DNA of 63,450 bases, the filler included, from Octopus bimaculoides (Eukaryota), in assembly GCF_001194135.2 (NCBI RefSeq). It is 7 parts of 6 records of this genome, joined end to end, with 100 filler letters (N's around TTAATTAATTAA, not from the genome) between each part and the next. Parts side by side here need not be neighbours in the genome. Positions count along the whole stretch, not along the records: positions 1 to 19,136 come from NC_069005.1; 6 more parts are not named here. One strand, written 5' to 3'. Position numbers and translations under genes: made by a program. Position 1 is the first letter of the stretch; every line of letters starts with the position of its first letter. Below the pieces are notes generated by a model. It made no database searches, was not told the origin of the DNA, and saw only the letters and a program-made list of their open reading frames with translations. Below are positions 1-13,918 of this stretch, piece by piece.

Positions 1-32
<32 letters not shown>

Positions 33-1486
33 CACACATTATATATATGTACGTATAGGTATGTATATTATATACACATGTATGTATGTGTATGCATATA
101 TAAACATATTTATGTGTGTGTTTATGTGTAATATATTATATTATACCTTATGTTATATTACATTATATTGGGTAGGACATGTTCGAATGAAATTCTTTTG
201 TATGGCCAACAAGCAGATGGATGCCGCAGTAAAGGAAGACCCGTCCTTAAGTTTAAGGATAAGTTGAGGCAACCGTTAAAATCTTAACAGCTTAATTTGA
301 CATCTTAGGAAAATTATTGTCTAAAATGTATAATGCGCCATAATGCATCTAAGCAATTTGACTTGAAGAAACAAAACAATAAAAGAGTTATATCTTGTAA
401 TCAATAACACATCTGTCCAATCCTAGGCAAAATTAAAATTATCAGTGTACCCATTGTGATGTCATAGCAAAATCCATACCTTGACTCAAATTACATTCAA
501 GTATCCATCGCAAATAGATGCAGCTTCTTTTATTTTTAAAGTTCTGGATTTTATGTCTTATTTTCCAGTCGAAATGGAGACGAAATTGTCTAGTTTTAAA
601 TTTGCTTTGCAAAATTGTCTGTATTTGTTTGAAAAACAAAACGAGGAAGTTTGTGAAGTAATAATAATATTGATCGTTTTGTAATGGAAGAGAGACACGG
701 TGATGCTTTCATCACTTGGAAGTGAAAAAAAGAAGAGAGACACAGTGATTCTTACGTCAAACGACTATCTTATTTAGAAACACTGTGATATTATAACCAT
801 GGTAATAACAGACGACATCAGAGAGTAAAACGTTTTTGTCGTCTGCTTGTGATTTTGAAGGGAATAAAACAACAACGACAACGAAAACTGCGACGACAAA
901 AGCAAGAAAAGCAACAACAACAATAGCAAAAACTAAACCTGAGCAAAAACTTCGATTGCTGCAATGACCAGAAGTAAAAGGATTAAACAGTCATTCAATT
1001 TCAAGTTAGAGTATTAATTTTTCGTTAAAAAAAAACGTTAAAAATTATAAATGCACCATTACACGCCAGTGATCGATAGGACTTCTAATTGAGGTACGAA
1101 GCTCCATTCCCCTCAAAAAAATCAATTGCATGAACAGTAAAAATAAAACGGAAACTACAATATCTCATTCCACATCAAGTAGATTAATTCCTGCTAGGCA
1201 GTGTGATCTACTTTAGGATATGTAACAAGAGGTAAACAAAGTAGGACTGTCGTTGCTGTTTGCTACAACAAGGAGGAAGTCATGTCTGTGGCTATTATCT
1301 CCCTCTCGTCTCATGAGTTTAACATAACCTCGTTTTACTTGCGAAGAAGGGGTACGAAAATATTGGTCGCCAGCGTGGCACCTCACAGGGAACGGGCCAA
1401 TGTGGGGATAATGATGAAAGAACACGATGATGTGATATCACTGAAATCCGCTCTCCAACAAAATGAAATTGGAAGAGGACAACGAC

Positions 1487-1594
1487 AAGAAGAAGAAGAA
1501 GAAGAAGAAGAAGAAGAAGAAGAAGAAGAAGAAGAAGAAGAAGAAGAAGAAGAAGAAGAAGAAGAAGAAGAAGAAGAAGAAGAAGAAGAAGAAG
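1487..1594. repeat. (GAA)n microsatellite running into an assembly gap
   Basis: Perfect GAA run from 1487 to the N block at 1595. Confidence 0.98.
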
Positions 1595-2341
1595 NNNNNN
1601 NNNNNNNNNNNNNNNNNNNNNNNNNNNNNNNNNNNNNNNNNNNNNNNNNNNNNNNNNNNNNNNNNNNNNNNNNNNNNNNNNNNNNNNNNNNNNNNNNNNN
1701 NNNNNNNNNNNNNNNNNNNNNNNNNNNNNNNNNNNNNNNNNNNNNNNNNNNNNNNNNNNNNNNNNNNNNNNNNNNNNNNNNNNNNNNNNNNNNNNNNNNN
1801 NNNNNNNNNNNNNNNNNNNNNNNNNNNNNNNNNNNNNNNNNNNNNNNNNNNNNNNNNNNNNNNNNNNNNNNNNNNNNNNNNNNNNNNNNNNNNNNNNNNN
1901 NNNNNNNNNNNNNNNNNNNNNNNNNNNNNNNNNNNNNNNNNNNNNNNNNNNNNNNNNNNNNNNNNNNNNNNNNNNNNNNNNNNNNNNNNNNNNNNNNNNN
2001 NNNNNNNNNNNNNNNNNNNNNNNNNNNNNNNNNNNNNNNNNNNNNNNNNNNNNNNNNNNNNNNNNNNNNNNNNNNNNNNNNNNNNNNNNNNNNNNNNNNN
2101 NNNNNNNNNNNNNNNNNNNNNNNNNNNNNNNNNNNNNNNNNNNNNNNNNNNNNNNNNNNNNNNNNNNNNNNNNNNNNNNNNNNNNNNNNNNNNGGATATT
2201 CTCCGAAGGGTCAACAGAAAAACTTACTCGGTAGAGTGCGTGAGTCAGTGACCAGCAAATCGTTCCGGGTCAAGTCACTATTCTCCGCATTCAGCGGTCA
2301 CAGCACTGGTACTATCATTAATGTTTAATCTTTAATATTTA

Positions 2342-2539
2342 ATCTTTTACCTTCTTTTACTTGTTTCAGTCATTACACTGTCGCCATGCTGGAGCACCGC
2401 CTTGAAGAATTTTTAGTCAAACGTATCCACTCATGTGCTTCTTTTTTTTTTAAAGCTTCGGGCTTATTCTATCGGTCTCTTCTGCCGAACCGCTAAGTTA
2501 TGGGGACATAAACACACCAGCATCGGTTGTCAAGTAGTG

Positions 2540-2618
<79 letters not shown>

Positions 2619-2826
2619 TACATATATACATATATACATATATACGAGGAGCTTCTTCCAGTTTACATCAACCAAATCTACTCACAAGGCTTTGGTCGGC
2701 CTGAAGTTATATTAGGCGACACTTGCCTATGGTGACACTTGCCCAAGGTGCTACGCAATGAGACTGAACCTCCGGATCATATGGTTAGAAAGCAAGCTTC
2801 TTATTACACATCTACGCATGCGCCTA
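2342..2826 (-). mobile_element. SINE family A (tRNA head, CORE-like domain, internal CA/TA microsatellite), near full length
   Basis: Reverse complement aligns along its whole length with the full + copy at 44657-45102. Confidence 0.9.
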
Positions 2827-4166
2827 CATGAGCATGTGGCTTGAATATCTGAGGGAAGAAATCGCAGGACGGATTTTATGGAGCAAAACCCTGAGACCTT
2901 GAGTGGGGGTCACAAGCGAGATGGCTGTAAAATATTCTTAGGCTCGGTTGGTCTTGTTTGGGGAGCCAGCCAGAGCATTTGCTGACGGTTGCTTATGATA
3001 CGATCCTTTTGGAAAGTGTACCTGAGCCTCTGTCCCCATGCTCCTCAGATGAATAACAGGGTAAAGAAGATGGATGGTAGAGGGTGGGGTGTATTTTGAA
3101 CCCTAATATGAACTGAAATTTCAGATAGCAGTCATGGCTCGATACAGAAATTGATGTTGTTTTATTGCTAGTGTGGGTGCGGTGACGACAGCAGAGCCGT
3201 TGGCTGTGTCTCTAACAACGGTGGCAGTAGCGGCACTGGCAGCAGCACTGACAGCAGCGATGACAGAGAAGGGAGCAGTGGTAGCAGCGGCAGCAACAGA
3301 AGCGCTAACCGCAGCAACAGCAATCAACTGAACAACAAACTCCCTGAATTACTGTGCAACTGGTTGAGTATTCTGTAGACACATGTTCCTTCAACATAAT
3401 CCTTAAGTAGGTTCAGTGTGGCACGTAATATCTAACAAGACTGGGTGTTTGAATTGCAGAGACAATGCGTCAGACGGTCTTCCGCACAGTTTCCGATACT
3501 TCTAGGTTATGATAAAAAATATTTTCCAAAGACGTCAGGTTGTGAAATCGAACGCAGGACATCATGAGTGCGAAGAGAACGACTTAATCACACATGGGGA
3601 GTGAGAGAGGGGGGAAGAAAGAGAGAGAGAAAAGCAAAGTAGAAAGAGAAAAGAAAGATGGATATAAGGCAACGCGAAATGAAGTGTTTTTCACAAAAAC
3701 ACGAAGCATATCCCAGTCCGGAAATCGAAAGCGCGATCTCCCTATCGCGACTGCAGCACGTTGACCACTAGGCCACTTGCCCTCACATTGGTCATTTCTG
3801 ACCACAAAATATTTACATGTTCTGTCCTGGAAGACGTCTCTGGATTAGTGATGAGTAGCTTTCAAATCCTACATTTGAAATACATTTTCAACCGTTTGGA
3901 GCGACAGAGTATATAGCTACCCGTCTGGATCAAAATATAGCTGAACTTGGCTGGATTCTTGGACAAGGAATGCTACTACTTAATATATGCACAAATGAGG
4001 ATAACGGTAACTGGGAGGCCAAAAATCTGCATGACTTGGCCAAAAATTGGTAGTGCGTTGGATAACTACCAAACGAAAATTCTTTTCTTCGCAAACCCAG
4101 CCAGCGAGGAAGAGAGCAGATCAAAATAATCTGAAAATTCCAAGAGTGCAACGTATATACATATAT

Positions 4167-4231
<65 letters not shown>

Positions 4232-4812
4232 TCTCTATCTCTATCTCTATCGCTCTCTATCTTTCTCTCTATCTCTCTCCCTATATATATATATGTATCA
4301 TTCTCTCTCTCTCTGCCTCTCTCTATTTATCTCTATTTCTCTCTCTTTCTTTATCTATCTACTTATCTCTCCCTCTCTATCTCTATCTTTCCCCTCTTTC
4401 ACTCCTTTCTCTCTTTTACTCTTTCTCTCTCTATCTCTCTCTCTCTTTCCCTTTTTCTATTTATCAATCTATGTCTATCTTTCTCTTTCTCCCCTCTCTC
4501 TTTCTCTCTGTCTCTCTCTCTGTCTCTCTCTCTCTTTCCCTCTACACACACACGCACACACACACATACATACATACATACATACATACATACCCAGAGT
4601 TTAATCTACTTCAATTACAACATACACAGGCCCCAATATTCAATTTATTACATTCTTAGATATATTACAGAATTAAAATATATATTAAATTCTGTCAACG
4701 AATATTTGCATATCTATTCTGCATCCCTCTTGGCAGATTCAGATGCAAAATATGCAGAGCGTTGTAGTGTATGTCTCAGAAGAATAACAAAGCGCCCCCA
4801 CTGACGCTTTAA

Positions 4813-5400
4813 CCTTGTAGGATTTGAACCATCGAATTCAGGCCCAAATATTTTGCCTACTCTTTACTCTCATTTTTACTCCTTTATTTGTTTCAGTCAT
4901 TTGACTGCGGCCATGCTGGACCACCGCATTTAGTCGAGCAAATCGACCCCAGGACTTATTCTATCGGTCTCTTTTGCCGAACCGCTAATTTACGGGGACG
5001 TGAACACACCAGCATCGGTTGTCAAGCGATGTTGGGGGGAGACAAGCACAGACACACAATCATACACACATACATACATATATATATATACATATATACG
5101 ACGGGCTTCTTTCAGTTTCCGTCTACTAAATCTACTCAGAAGGCTTTGGTTGACCCGAGGCTATAGTAGAAGACACTTGCCCAAGGTGCCAGGCAGTGGG
5201 ACTGAACCCGGTCTGTTTTTTTTTCCTGATTTATGTTCAAACTGGCCAGATACAGCCTCCTACACCAACCCTATGATGTCATTCTAAAATAAACAAATGC
5301 ATTATCAAAATCTCATAACTACAAGATAATGCATAATTTATTCAAAACAATGTGAATAAATAAGCATTTAATTTGACAGAGTACTCTTAATACTAAAAGG
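4813..5400 (+). mobile_element. TTAA-flanked piggyBac-like MITE (family E), interrupted by a SINE A copy
   Basis: TTAA at 4809-4812 and 5401-5404. Ends ttaaccttgtaggatt and aatactaaaaggttaa are reverse complements at 14/16 positions. Homologous to the copy at 48757-49285. Confidence 0.75.
4860..5211 (-). mobile_element. SINE family A, 5'-truncated, nested in MITE E
   Basis: Aligns to 44657-45102 and ends inside the B-box region. Confidence 0.9.
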
Positions 5401-6192
5401 TTAAACTGGCTATATTCAGACCACATAGTCTACCTTACTTATTTTATATTAAAACCGGTTGGATCCAGCCTTTCACACTACCCTACAATGTTATTCTAAA
5501 AATAACAACTTCAAAATCTCAAAGCTACAATATAATATGTGATAAGTTCAAAAACAATCTAAACAAGAGCACTCAGAAAGCACAAACCTCCGCCGAAGCA
5601 ACACCAACGTCCTCTCAACAATTAGCCGGAGATGATTTTTAAGATGAGAATATCTGGAATAAACTCGACTGCTCTCACACACGAGAATACTAAAAAGGAA
5701 CCTGACTGCTCTTAAAAATTAAGTAAATAAAAAAAAAACAGGAAAAATAATCCAGAAACTTTGTCCGGTACTGGATCGATCCCAAAATCTAATCAGTTTG
5801 CGCCAGTCACGAGGCCAAATATACCTGAAAGTTGCATCCGAACATCCAGCGGTTCTTGAGGAATTTTGTCCACAAACAAAGAAGCAAGCAAACACGACTG
5901 AAAAGAACACCTCTACCTTCGCTAAGGCAGAGGTAATAAATAAGCAATATATTTGACAGCGTAATCTGGATGCGAGAGGGTAAAAGCTGCTATATCCAGC
6001 ACAAATATTCTACTTGCTTTATGTTCAGACAGGCCAGATACGGCGTCACACGCCTACCCTACAATGTCATTCTAAAAATAAACAATCTCATTATTGAAAT
6101 CGCATAGCTACGATATAATGCATAATTAATTTAGAGCCATGCGAATAAATAAGCAATACATTTGACAGTGTATTCTGAGCGCTAAAGGGCAT
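5401..6192 (+). repeat. Two further head-to-tail MITE E units lacking the left TIR
   Basis: The block ccctacaatgtcattctaaaa...ataaataagca...tttgacag...gctaaaggg recurs at about 5270, 5480 and 6057. Confidence 0.75.
5562..5937 (-). mobile_element. Non-autonomous Helentron-like element (HINE) inserted into MITE E unit 2
   Basis: Hairpin acctctacctt-cgct-aaggcagaggt at 5909-5934 and a related subterminal motif acctccgcc near 5587. The minus-strand end is gcggaggtttgtgctttctgagtgctcttgtt. Insertion is at AA/TT with no TSD, and the MITE resumes in register afterwards. Confidence 0.65.
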
Positions 6193-6373
6193 AGGCTTCC
6201 AAAGTTTCCAGCAGTCTACAGCTGGCGGTTTAGTCTGATAAGTTATTAAACTACTATACAATGACGAAAAGGCAGTGACGTGGATGAGATTTAAACTCAG
6301 AACTAAAAACGCCAGAACACTGCAAAGTATTTCGCCCGATGTTGTAAGAACTCTGCCACTTCACCGCCTTAAT

Positions 6374-6894
6374 TGCTGCTGCTGCTGCAGTTATTGTTGT
6401 TGCTGCTGCTGCTGTGGCTACTGTTGATGTTATTACTCTTTGTGTTTTTCCTCCTATATTTGCTATTGTGGCTACTGCAGCTGCTAATCTCGTTGTTATT
6501 ACTGTTGGTGTTATTTATACTATATCTGATGTTGATGTTGTTACAGCAGCTGCTACTGCTGTTGCCATTGTTGTTGCTGCTGGTGCTGCTGTTGCTGTAA
6601 ATGTTTTTATTCCTATATTCATTGCTGCTGCTTCTGCTGCTGCTGCTGCTGCCGCTGTTAACATTGCTGTTGGTATTGTTATTGGTCTCTTGTCCTTGTT
6701 CTTGCTGCTGTTGATGTTGTTACTGCTACTGCTGTTGCTGCTGTTGCCGTTATCATAGATGTTGTTGTTGTTGTTGTTGTTATTCTTGGTGGTTTTCTTG
6801 CTATATTTGTCGTCGTTGTTGCTGCAGCTGCTGTTGTCGTTTTTATTGTTGTTGCCGATGTTGTTGTTATTGCTATTGGCATTTTTATTGCCAA

Positions 6895-6927
<33 letters not shown>

Positions 6928-7130
6928 CTACTCTTGCTTATTGCCACTGTTACTGTTGCCTCTGCTGCTGCTGCAGCTGCGGCTGCTGCTGTTGCAGTGT
7001 TATTATCATTATGATCATTATTGTTATTGTTGTTGTTGTTGTTGCTGTTGTTTTGTTTTTGTTGTTGTTTATATTATCATTATTATCATGATTATTATTA
7101 TTAATACAGGTACCATTATTATTACTATTA

Positions 7131-7171
<41 letters not shown>

Positions 7172-7212
7172 ACAGGTACCATTATTATTACTATTATCAT
7201 TACTATTATTAC

Positions 7213-7263
<51 letters not shown>

Positions 7264-7284
7264 CATTATTATCATTATCATTAC

Positions 7285-7345
<61 letters not shown>

Positions 7346-7763
7346 GAGTTGTTATCATCATTATTATTATTATTATTACTATTATTATTATTATTAGTAT
7401 CATTATTATTATTATTATTACTATTATTATTATTGAGTTGTTATCATCATTATTATTATTATTATTACTATTATCATTATTATTATNNNNNNNNNNNNNN
7501 NNNNNNNNNNNNNNNNNNNNNNNNNNNNNNNNNNNNNNNNNNNNNNNNNNNNNNNNNNNNNNNNNNNNNNNNNNNNNNNNNNNNNNNNNNNNNNNNNNNN
7601 NNNNNNNNNNNNNNNNNNNNNNNNNNNNNNNNNNNNNNNNNNNNNNNNNNNNNNNNNNNNNNNNNNNNNNNNNNNNNNNNNNNNNNNNNNNNNNNNNNNN
7701 NNNNNNNNNNNNNNNNNNNNNNNNNNNNTATTACTATTATTATTATTATTATTATTACTATTA

Positions 7764-7824
<61 letters not shown>

Positions 7825-7859
7825 TATTACTATTATTATTATTATTATTATTACTATTA

Positions 7860-7905
<46 letters not shown>

Positions 7906-7911
7906 TATTAC

Positions 7912-7974
<63 letters not shown>

Positions 7975-8200
7975 CATTTGCTGTTATTGTTGCTGCAGTT
8001 GTTGTTGTTGTTATTGTCTGCCACTGTTGCTATTGCCGTTATAATTAGTTGATATTTTTGCTTAATATTTTTGTTTTCTGTTTTATTTTCTTGTTGCTAT
8101 TGTTGCAACTAATCTTGTTGTAGTTTCTGTTCTTGTTGTTGTTGTTGCTGATGTTATTGGTCTCGATGCTGTTGTTGTTGTTGTTGTTGTTGTTGTTGCT
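6374..8200. repeat. Mosaic trinucleotide low-complexity tract (TGC/TTG/ATT)
   Basis: Continuous degenerate triplet repeats that explain the poly-L/I/Y ORFs in the track. Confidence 0.95.
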
Positions 8201-8506
8201 ACCAAACAGCCGCAGCAATCTACGAGAAAAGCTAGAAGCATGACCGAGTTGTTGCACGCATCATAGACTTTCCATTGCGACCTAATCATCCCAGAATTCC
8301 GCACTTTGTTCTGCTTTCACCAAAAAATGTTTACAGACCGCCAGCCGCTGATATTACAAATTTCTTCCTTCACACTAGATTAAGCACCAATCTGTGTAGA
8401 TTTTATATGCAATATGTGTGTTTCTCTATGGGTGTATATGTGTGTGTATATAGCTGTCTGTAAAGAATGTGTGTGCGTAAATATATATTGATATATATAT
8501 ACACAC

Positions 8507-8570
<64 letters not shown>

Positions 8571-9658
8571 GTTTATATGTATATGTATAATGTAGGTATA
8601 TACATATATACATATATAAATATATATATGTATATGCAAATATATATATGCATATATATATATGTATATATATATATGTATATANNNNNNNNNNNNNNNN
8701 NNNNNNNNNNNNNNNNNNNNNNNNNNNNNNNNNNNNNNNNNNNNNNNNNNNNNNNNNNNNNNNNNNNNNNNNNNNNNNNNNNNNNNNNNNNNNNNNNNNN
8801 NNNNNNNNNNNNNNNNNNNNNNNNNNNNNNNNNNNNNNNNNNNNNNNNNNNNNNNNNNNNNNNNNNNNNNNNNNNNNNNNNNNNNNNNNNNNNNNNNNNN
8901 NNNNNNNNNNNNNNNNNNNNNNNNNNNNNNNNNNNNNNNNNNNNNNNNNNNNNNNNNNNNNNNNNNNNNNNNNNNNNNNNNNNNNNNNNNNNNNNNNNNN
9001 NNNNNNNNNNNNNNNNNNNNNNNNNNNNNNNNNNNNNNNNNNNNNNNNNNNNNNNNNNNNNNNNNNNNNNNNNNNNNNNNNNNNNNNNNNNNNNNNNNNN
9101 NNNNNNNNNNNNNNNNNNNNNNNNNNNNNNNNNNNNNNNNNNNNNNNNNNNNNNNNNNNNNNNNNNNNNNNNNNNNNNNNNNNNNNNNNNNNNNNNNNNN
9201 NNNNNNNNNNNNNNNNNNNNNNNNNNNNNNNNNNNNNNNNNNNNNNNNNNNNNNNNNNNNNNNNNNNNNNATATATGCGTGTTTAGTTGTATGCGTATAT
9301 ATATGTGCTTACATTTGCAGTGTATATGTGTGAAACTGTGAGATTAAATCTATGTCGGTGTATAAATGCGGCTGTTTCACTATCTTCAAATACGTATGCG
9401 TCATTCTAGCTATATTAGCATTTGTTCATATATCTGCATATATCTGCGTACATACGTGTGAGCAGTGTGTGTATATGTATGTAATTATGTATGTATGTAT
9501 GTATGTATGTATGTATGTATGTATGTATGTGAATGTACAGTCTTTGCATGTACCGTCTGTGATGTAGGTGTACTCAGGTTGGTGCCCGGAGGCGCAGTTA
9601 GGCCACTGGGAATGGTGACTCTGGTCTTTATCAAGGCAATCATCTAGGAGAAGGCTAA

Positions 9659-9985
9659 TGAAACTGGCACTTCGTTGGATACGACGACGTGTGTTCCAGT
9701 TGAGTCGATCAACGGTTCTGCATTCTCGTGAAATTAACGTGAAAATGACCAAGCTCTCCACAGACACGCATACCCTTAACGTAATTCTGAAGGAGATTCA
9801 GTATGACACAGAATGTGACAAGGCTGACCGTTTGAATTACAGGTACAACTCGTTTTCGCCAGCTGAATGAACTGGAGCAACGGGAAATAAACTGTCTTCC
9901 TCAAGGACACAACGCGCCACTGGGAATCGAAATGACGACCTTACAATCGTTAGCCGAATAACCTAACCACTGAGCCACGTGCATC
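9659..9985 (-). mobile_element. SINE family D (tRNA head, CORE-like body, 3' tail shared with family C)
   Basis: 15-bp TSD CTAGGAGAAGGCTAA at 9644-9658 and 9986-10000. Homologous to 48787-49117. Confidence 0.88.
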
Positions 9986-10138
9986 CTAGGAGAAGGCTAA
10001 CTCGTATATAAAACCCGCTGCTCCACTGAGCCGGATATATATATATATGATATTATATTAGAGGAAAATAAAACCAAGGCAAAACGAGTATCTTCCACTG
10101 ATTTACCATAATTTAATTAGGGTAAGGTGAAGTTTGAA

Positions 10139-10218
10139 GTCTTACAGCTGTTTCTGGGATAAGCCAAGTTGTTGGTTGGTCAGCATATCCGTGCACTGGA
10201 CATTCCGTCATCAGAGAC
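10139..10218 (-). ncRNA. Minimal type-I hammerhead ribozyme motif
   Basis: Minus strand reads GUCU-CUGAUGA-C-GGAAUG...UAUCCC-A-GAA-ACAGCUGU-A-AGAC. Stem I is GUCU/AGAC, stem III is palindromic, the triplet is GUA and stem II is imperfect. Confidence 0.65.
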
Positions 10219-11155
10219 AAGGAATGAATATTTTAGACGATGAAAATTTACAGTTCACAAGAAATAAAATTCACTGTGTATAAGGAATAAAATAGAAGAA
10301 TAAAGTATCAAAATAGATGAATAAAGAGTAAAAGTAATTAGAAGCATATAGGCAGGAGAATAATGTTCACAACTCTTTTTTTTTCAGAGGATATGGATAT
10401 TGGTCCGTACTTCCATGGAGGTACAGATTTTTGGTTAAAATCCGAGGTAGATCCAGGCAATTATTTGGCAGTGTTCTGAATGATGTATTCAAATTGTAAA
10501 TGTGTATAGAGAGCGAGAAAATATGATTGACATAAATGAGTTTTGTGAGTGGATGTATGAGAGAGAAGGAGAGAGAGAGGGGGGAGACAGAAAGAGAAAT
10601 AGGAGAAAGGATTAGAAAATAAGATAGTGGTTAAAGGGAAAAATAAGAATAAAATAGAAACATTAAAATATAAATAAAAAGAATAATAATGAAATAAAAT
10701 AAAAGGTAATGACAGGTATATCCTAAATGAGTTTTCTGAGAGTGTGTATGGGAGAGAGGAGAAAGGGAATAAAAATAGAATAAAATAGCGGTAACAGATT
10801 AAGGATAAGATAAAAATAAATAAATAAATAAAAGCAAAGTTAACGATTTCGATATGTCAGTATTGTATGGGAGTTAGAGCTCAAGCGTTAAAGTTTCAGT
10901 AGAGTAGGGGTAGCATACCAATCTAGGTAAGGTTATAAGGACAATGGTGTAGTGCAGGCATTTAAGATTGTATTTCAAGCTTCATATCCATTCAATGATA
11001 TGAGATAAGGGGTCAAGAATTAAACCTAAAATTCAACATCAAAATTGAAAATTTAAATTTAAAACCAGAACATAAAATTACAAATTACGAAAACTAAAAT
11101 CTAAAAAAAAAAACTATAAAAAATAAAAACTATTGATTTGAAATTAGATTCTAAT

Positions 11156-11192
<37 letters not shown>

Positions 11193-11230
11193 CAGACAGA
11201 CATATACATATGTGTGTGTGTGTGTAATAT

Positions 11231-11447
11231 TTTATTCTTTTACTCGTTCTGTCACTTAACTGCGGGTCATGCTGGAGCACAGCCTTGAAGGGTTTTAGTC
11301 GAACAAATCGACCCCAGGGCATATTTTTATAAGCCTAGTACTTATTCTACCAGTCCCTTTTGCTGAACCGCTAAGTTACGCGTACGTAAATACTAACACC
11401 GGTTGTCAAGCACTGCTAGGGACAAACACAAACACAAACACAGACAC

Positions 11448-11522
<75 letters not shown>
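11231..11522 (-). mobile_element. SINE family A 3' part, cut by a gap
   Basis: Aligns to the 3' half of 44657-45102. Confidence 0.85.
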
Positions 11523-12269
11523 NNNNNNNNNNNNNNNNNNNNNNNNNNNNNNNNNNNNNNNNNNNNNNNNNNNNNNNNNNNNNNNNNNNNNNNNNNNNNN
11601 NNNNNNNNNNNNNNNNNNNNNNNNNNNNNNNNNNNNNNNNNNNNNNNNNNNNNNNNNNNNNNNNNNNNNNNNNNNNNNNNNNNNNNNNNNNNNNNNNNNN
11701 NNNNNNNNNNNNNNNNNNNNNNNNNNNNNNNNNNNNNNNNNNNNNNNNNNNNNNNNNNNNNNNNNNNNNNNNNNNNNNNNNNNNNNNNNNNNNNNNNNNN
11801 NNNNNNNNNNNNNNNNNNNNNNNNNNNNNNNNNNNNNNNNNNNNNNNNNNNNNNNNNNNNNNNNNNNNNNNNNNNNNNNNNNNNNNNNNNNNNNNNNNNN
11901 NNNNNNNNNNNNNNNNNNNNNNNNNNNNNNNNNNNNNNNNNNNNNNNNNNNNNNNNNNNNNNNNNNNNNNNNNNNNNNNNNNNNNNNNNNNNNNNNNNNN
12001 NNNNNNNNNNNNNNNNNNNNNNNNNNNNNNNNNNNNNNNNNNNNNNNNNNNNNNNNNNNNNNNNNNNNNNNNNNNNNNNNNNNNNNNNNATATATATATA
12101 TATATATATATACAGATATATACCTATACGCCATGTGGGAATCTGAGAGTACATTTCAACGGAAATGCCACAGTGTTCGGCGATATATCAAGACATCCAC
12201 TTTAAGATAGATATAAAGATTGCTTTTTGATATTAATACTGCTTCCGCCGCTAATAATACATACAAACA

Positions 12270-12450
12270 TATCCAGATTACAAGTTCAGGTATTTACCTG
12301 TAATTGTTGAGGCATTAGGATATGTAACGCACTGCCTAAATACCAATCTTGAAAAATAAGGTTTCTCAAAACCAGAAAGGAGAATTCTGATTTGAAGACT
12401 ATAGATCCAAGCCATCACTGCAAAAATTTCCAAAAGTTTATCATTTAAGT
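12270..12450 (+). pseudogene. C-terminal remnant of an R4/Dong-like (restriction-like endonuclease) non-LTR retrotransposon
   Basis: Translates as YPDYKFRYLPVIVEALGYVTHCLNTNLEK*GFSKPERRILI*RL*IQAIT, which resembles RLE-clade C-termini; contains stops. Confidence 0.6.
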
Positions 12451-13193
12451 ATATATGAGCATGTCTGGACTTACAGCTATATGCATGAAAATACATACAT
12501 AAAACAAAACATACAGATCTACATACATAAAACAAAACATACAAACCTACATACATACATACATACATACATACATACATACATNNNNNNNNNNNNNNNN
12601 NNNNNNNNNNNNNNNNNNNNNNNNNNNNNNNNNNNNNNNNNNNNNNNNNNNNNNNNNNNNNNNNNNNNNNNNNNNNNNNNNNNNNNNNNNNNNNNNNNNN
12701 NNNNNNNNNNNNNNNNNNNNNNNNNNNNNNNNNNNNNNNNNNNNNNNNNNNNNNNNNNNNNNNNNNNNNNNNNNNNNNNNNNNNNNNNNNNNNNNNNNNN
12801 NNNNNNNNNNNNNNNNNNNNNNNNNNNNNNNNNNNNNNNNNNNNNNNNNNNNNNNNNNNNNNNNNNNNNNNNNNNNNNNNNNNNNNNNNNNNNNNNNNNN
12901 NNNNNNNNNNNNNNNNNNNNNNNNNNNNNNNNNNNNNNNNNNNNNNNNNNNNNNNNNNNNNNNNNNNNNNNNNNNNNNNNNNNNNNNNNNNNNNNNNNNN
13001 NNNNNNNNNNNNNNNNNNNNNNNNNNNNNNNNNNNNNNNNNNNNNNNNNNNNNNNNNNNNNNNNNNNNNNNNNNNNNNNNNNNNNNNNNNNNNNNNNNNN
13101 NNNNNNNNNNNNNNNNNNNNNNNNNNNNNNNNNNNNNNNNNNNNNNNNNNNNNNNNNNNNNNNNNNNNNNNNNNNNNNNNNNNNNNNNNNNNN

Positions 13194-13225
<32 letters not shown>

Positions 13226-13529
13226 CATATATACATGTATATATACATATACATATATACACACATATACACACACATACATACATGCGTATATACATAC
13301 ATAAATACATATACATATAGATACACATATCTACCAGTGTTGAAAGCATATACTTCGCACGGAAACAAGCAACTACTTGACGTATAAAGAGAATTTTAGA
13401 ACAGTAAAAGGAGGAAAATATTATCTGTCCCTGAAGTATTGATACTTCAAACTATACTTTAAATCTATTTAATATTTATATTGATACTTGACGCTGGCAA
13501 ATATACTTAAATCTATTTCCTACATAAGC

Positions 13530-13607
<78 letters not shown>

Positions 13608-13624
13608 GTAGGTAGTTAGGTAGG

Positions 13625-13674
<50 letters not shown>

Positions 13675-13879
13675 TTTCCATGCACGCAACACACACATTC
13701 ACACACGCACACACATGCATAGACGCGCGCGCACATACGCACTTTTGCTTATATATATATACATATATAGAGAGACAGAGAAAGAAAGAGAGAGTACTTA
13801 TCACAGACGGATTTAAATATATCTTCAATCATCTCTGTGAGTGCGCTCACGCGCGCGCAAGAGAGAGTCTGAGAGAGAG

Positions 13880-13918
<39 letters not shown>

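Noticed and set aside
1282-2328. Long ORFs of 200-370 aa that contain X runs
   Set aside because: They are open only because they cross N gaps and microsatellites.
7095-7480. Repeated motifs taatacaggtacc and attgagttgttatc inside (ATT)n
   Set aside because: They are best explained as slippage duplications of interrupted microsatellite.
6373-8052. Poly-L/I/Y/V/D/H ORFs here and at 14322-14705, 15671-16288 and 40269-40600
   Set aside because: They are translations of trinucleotide repeats, with no domain or splice support.
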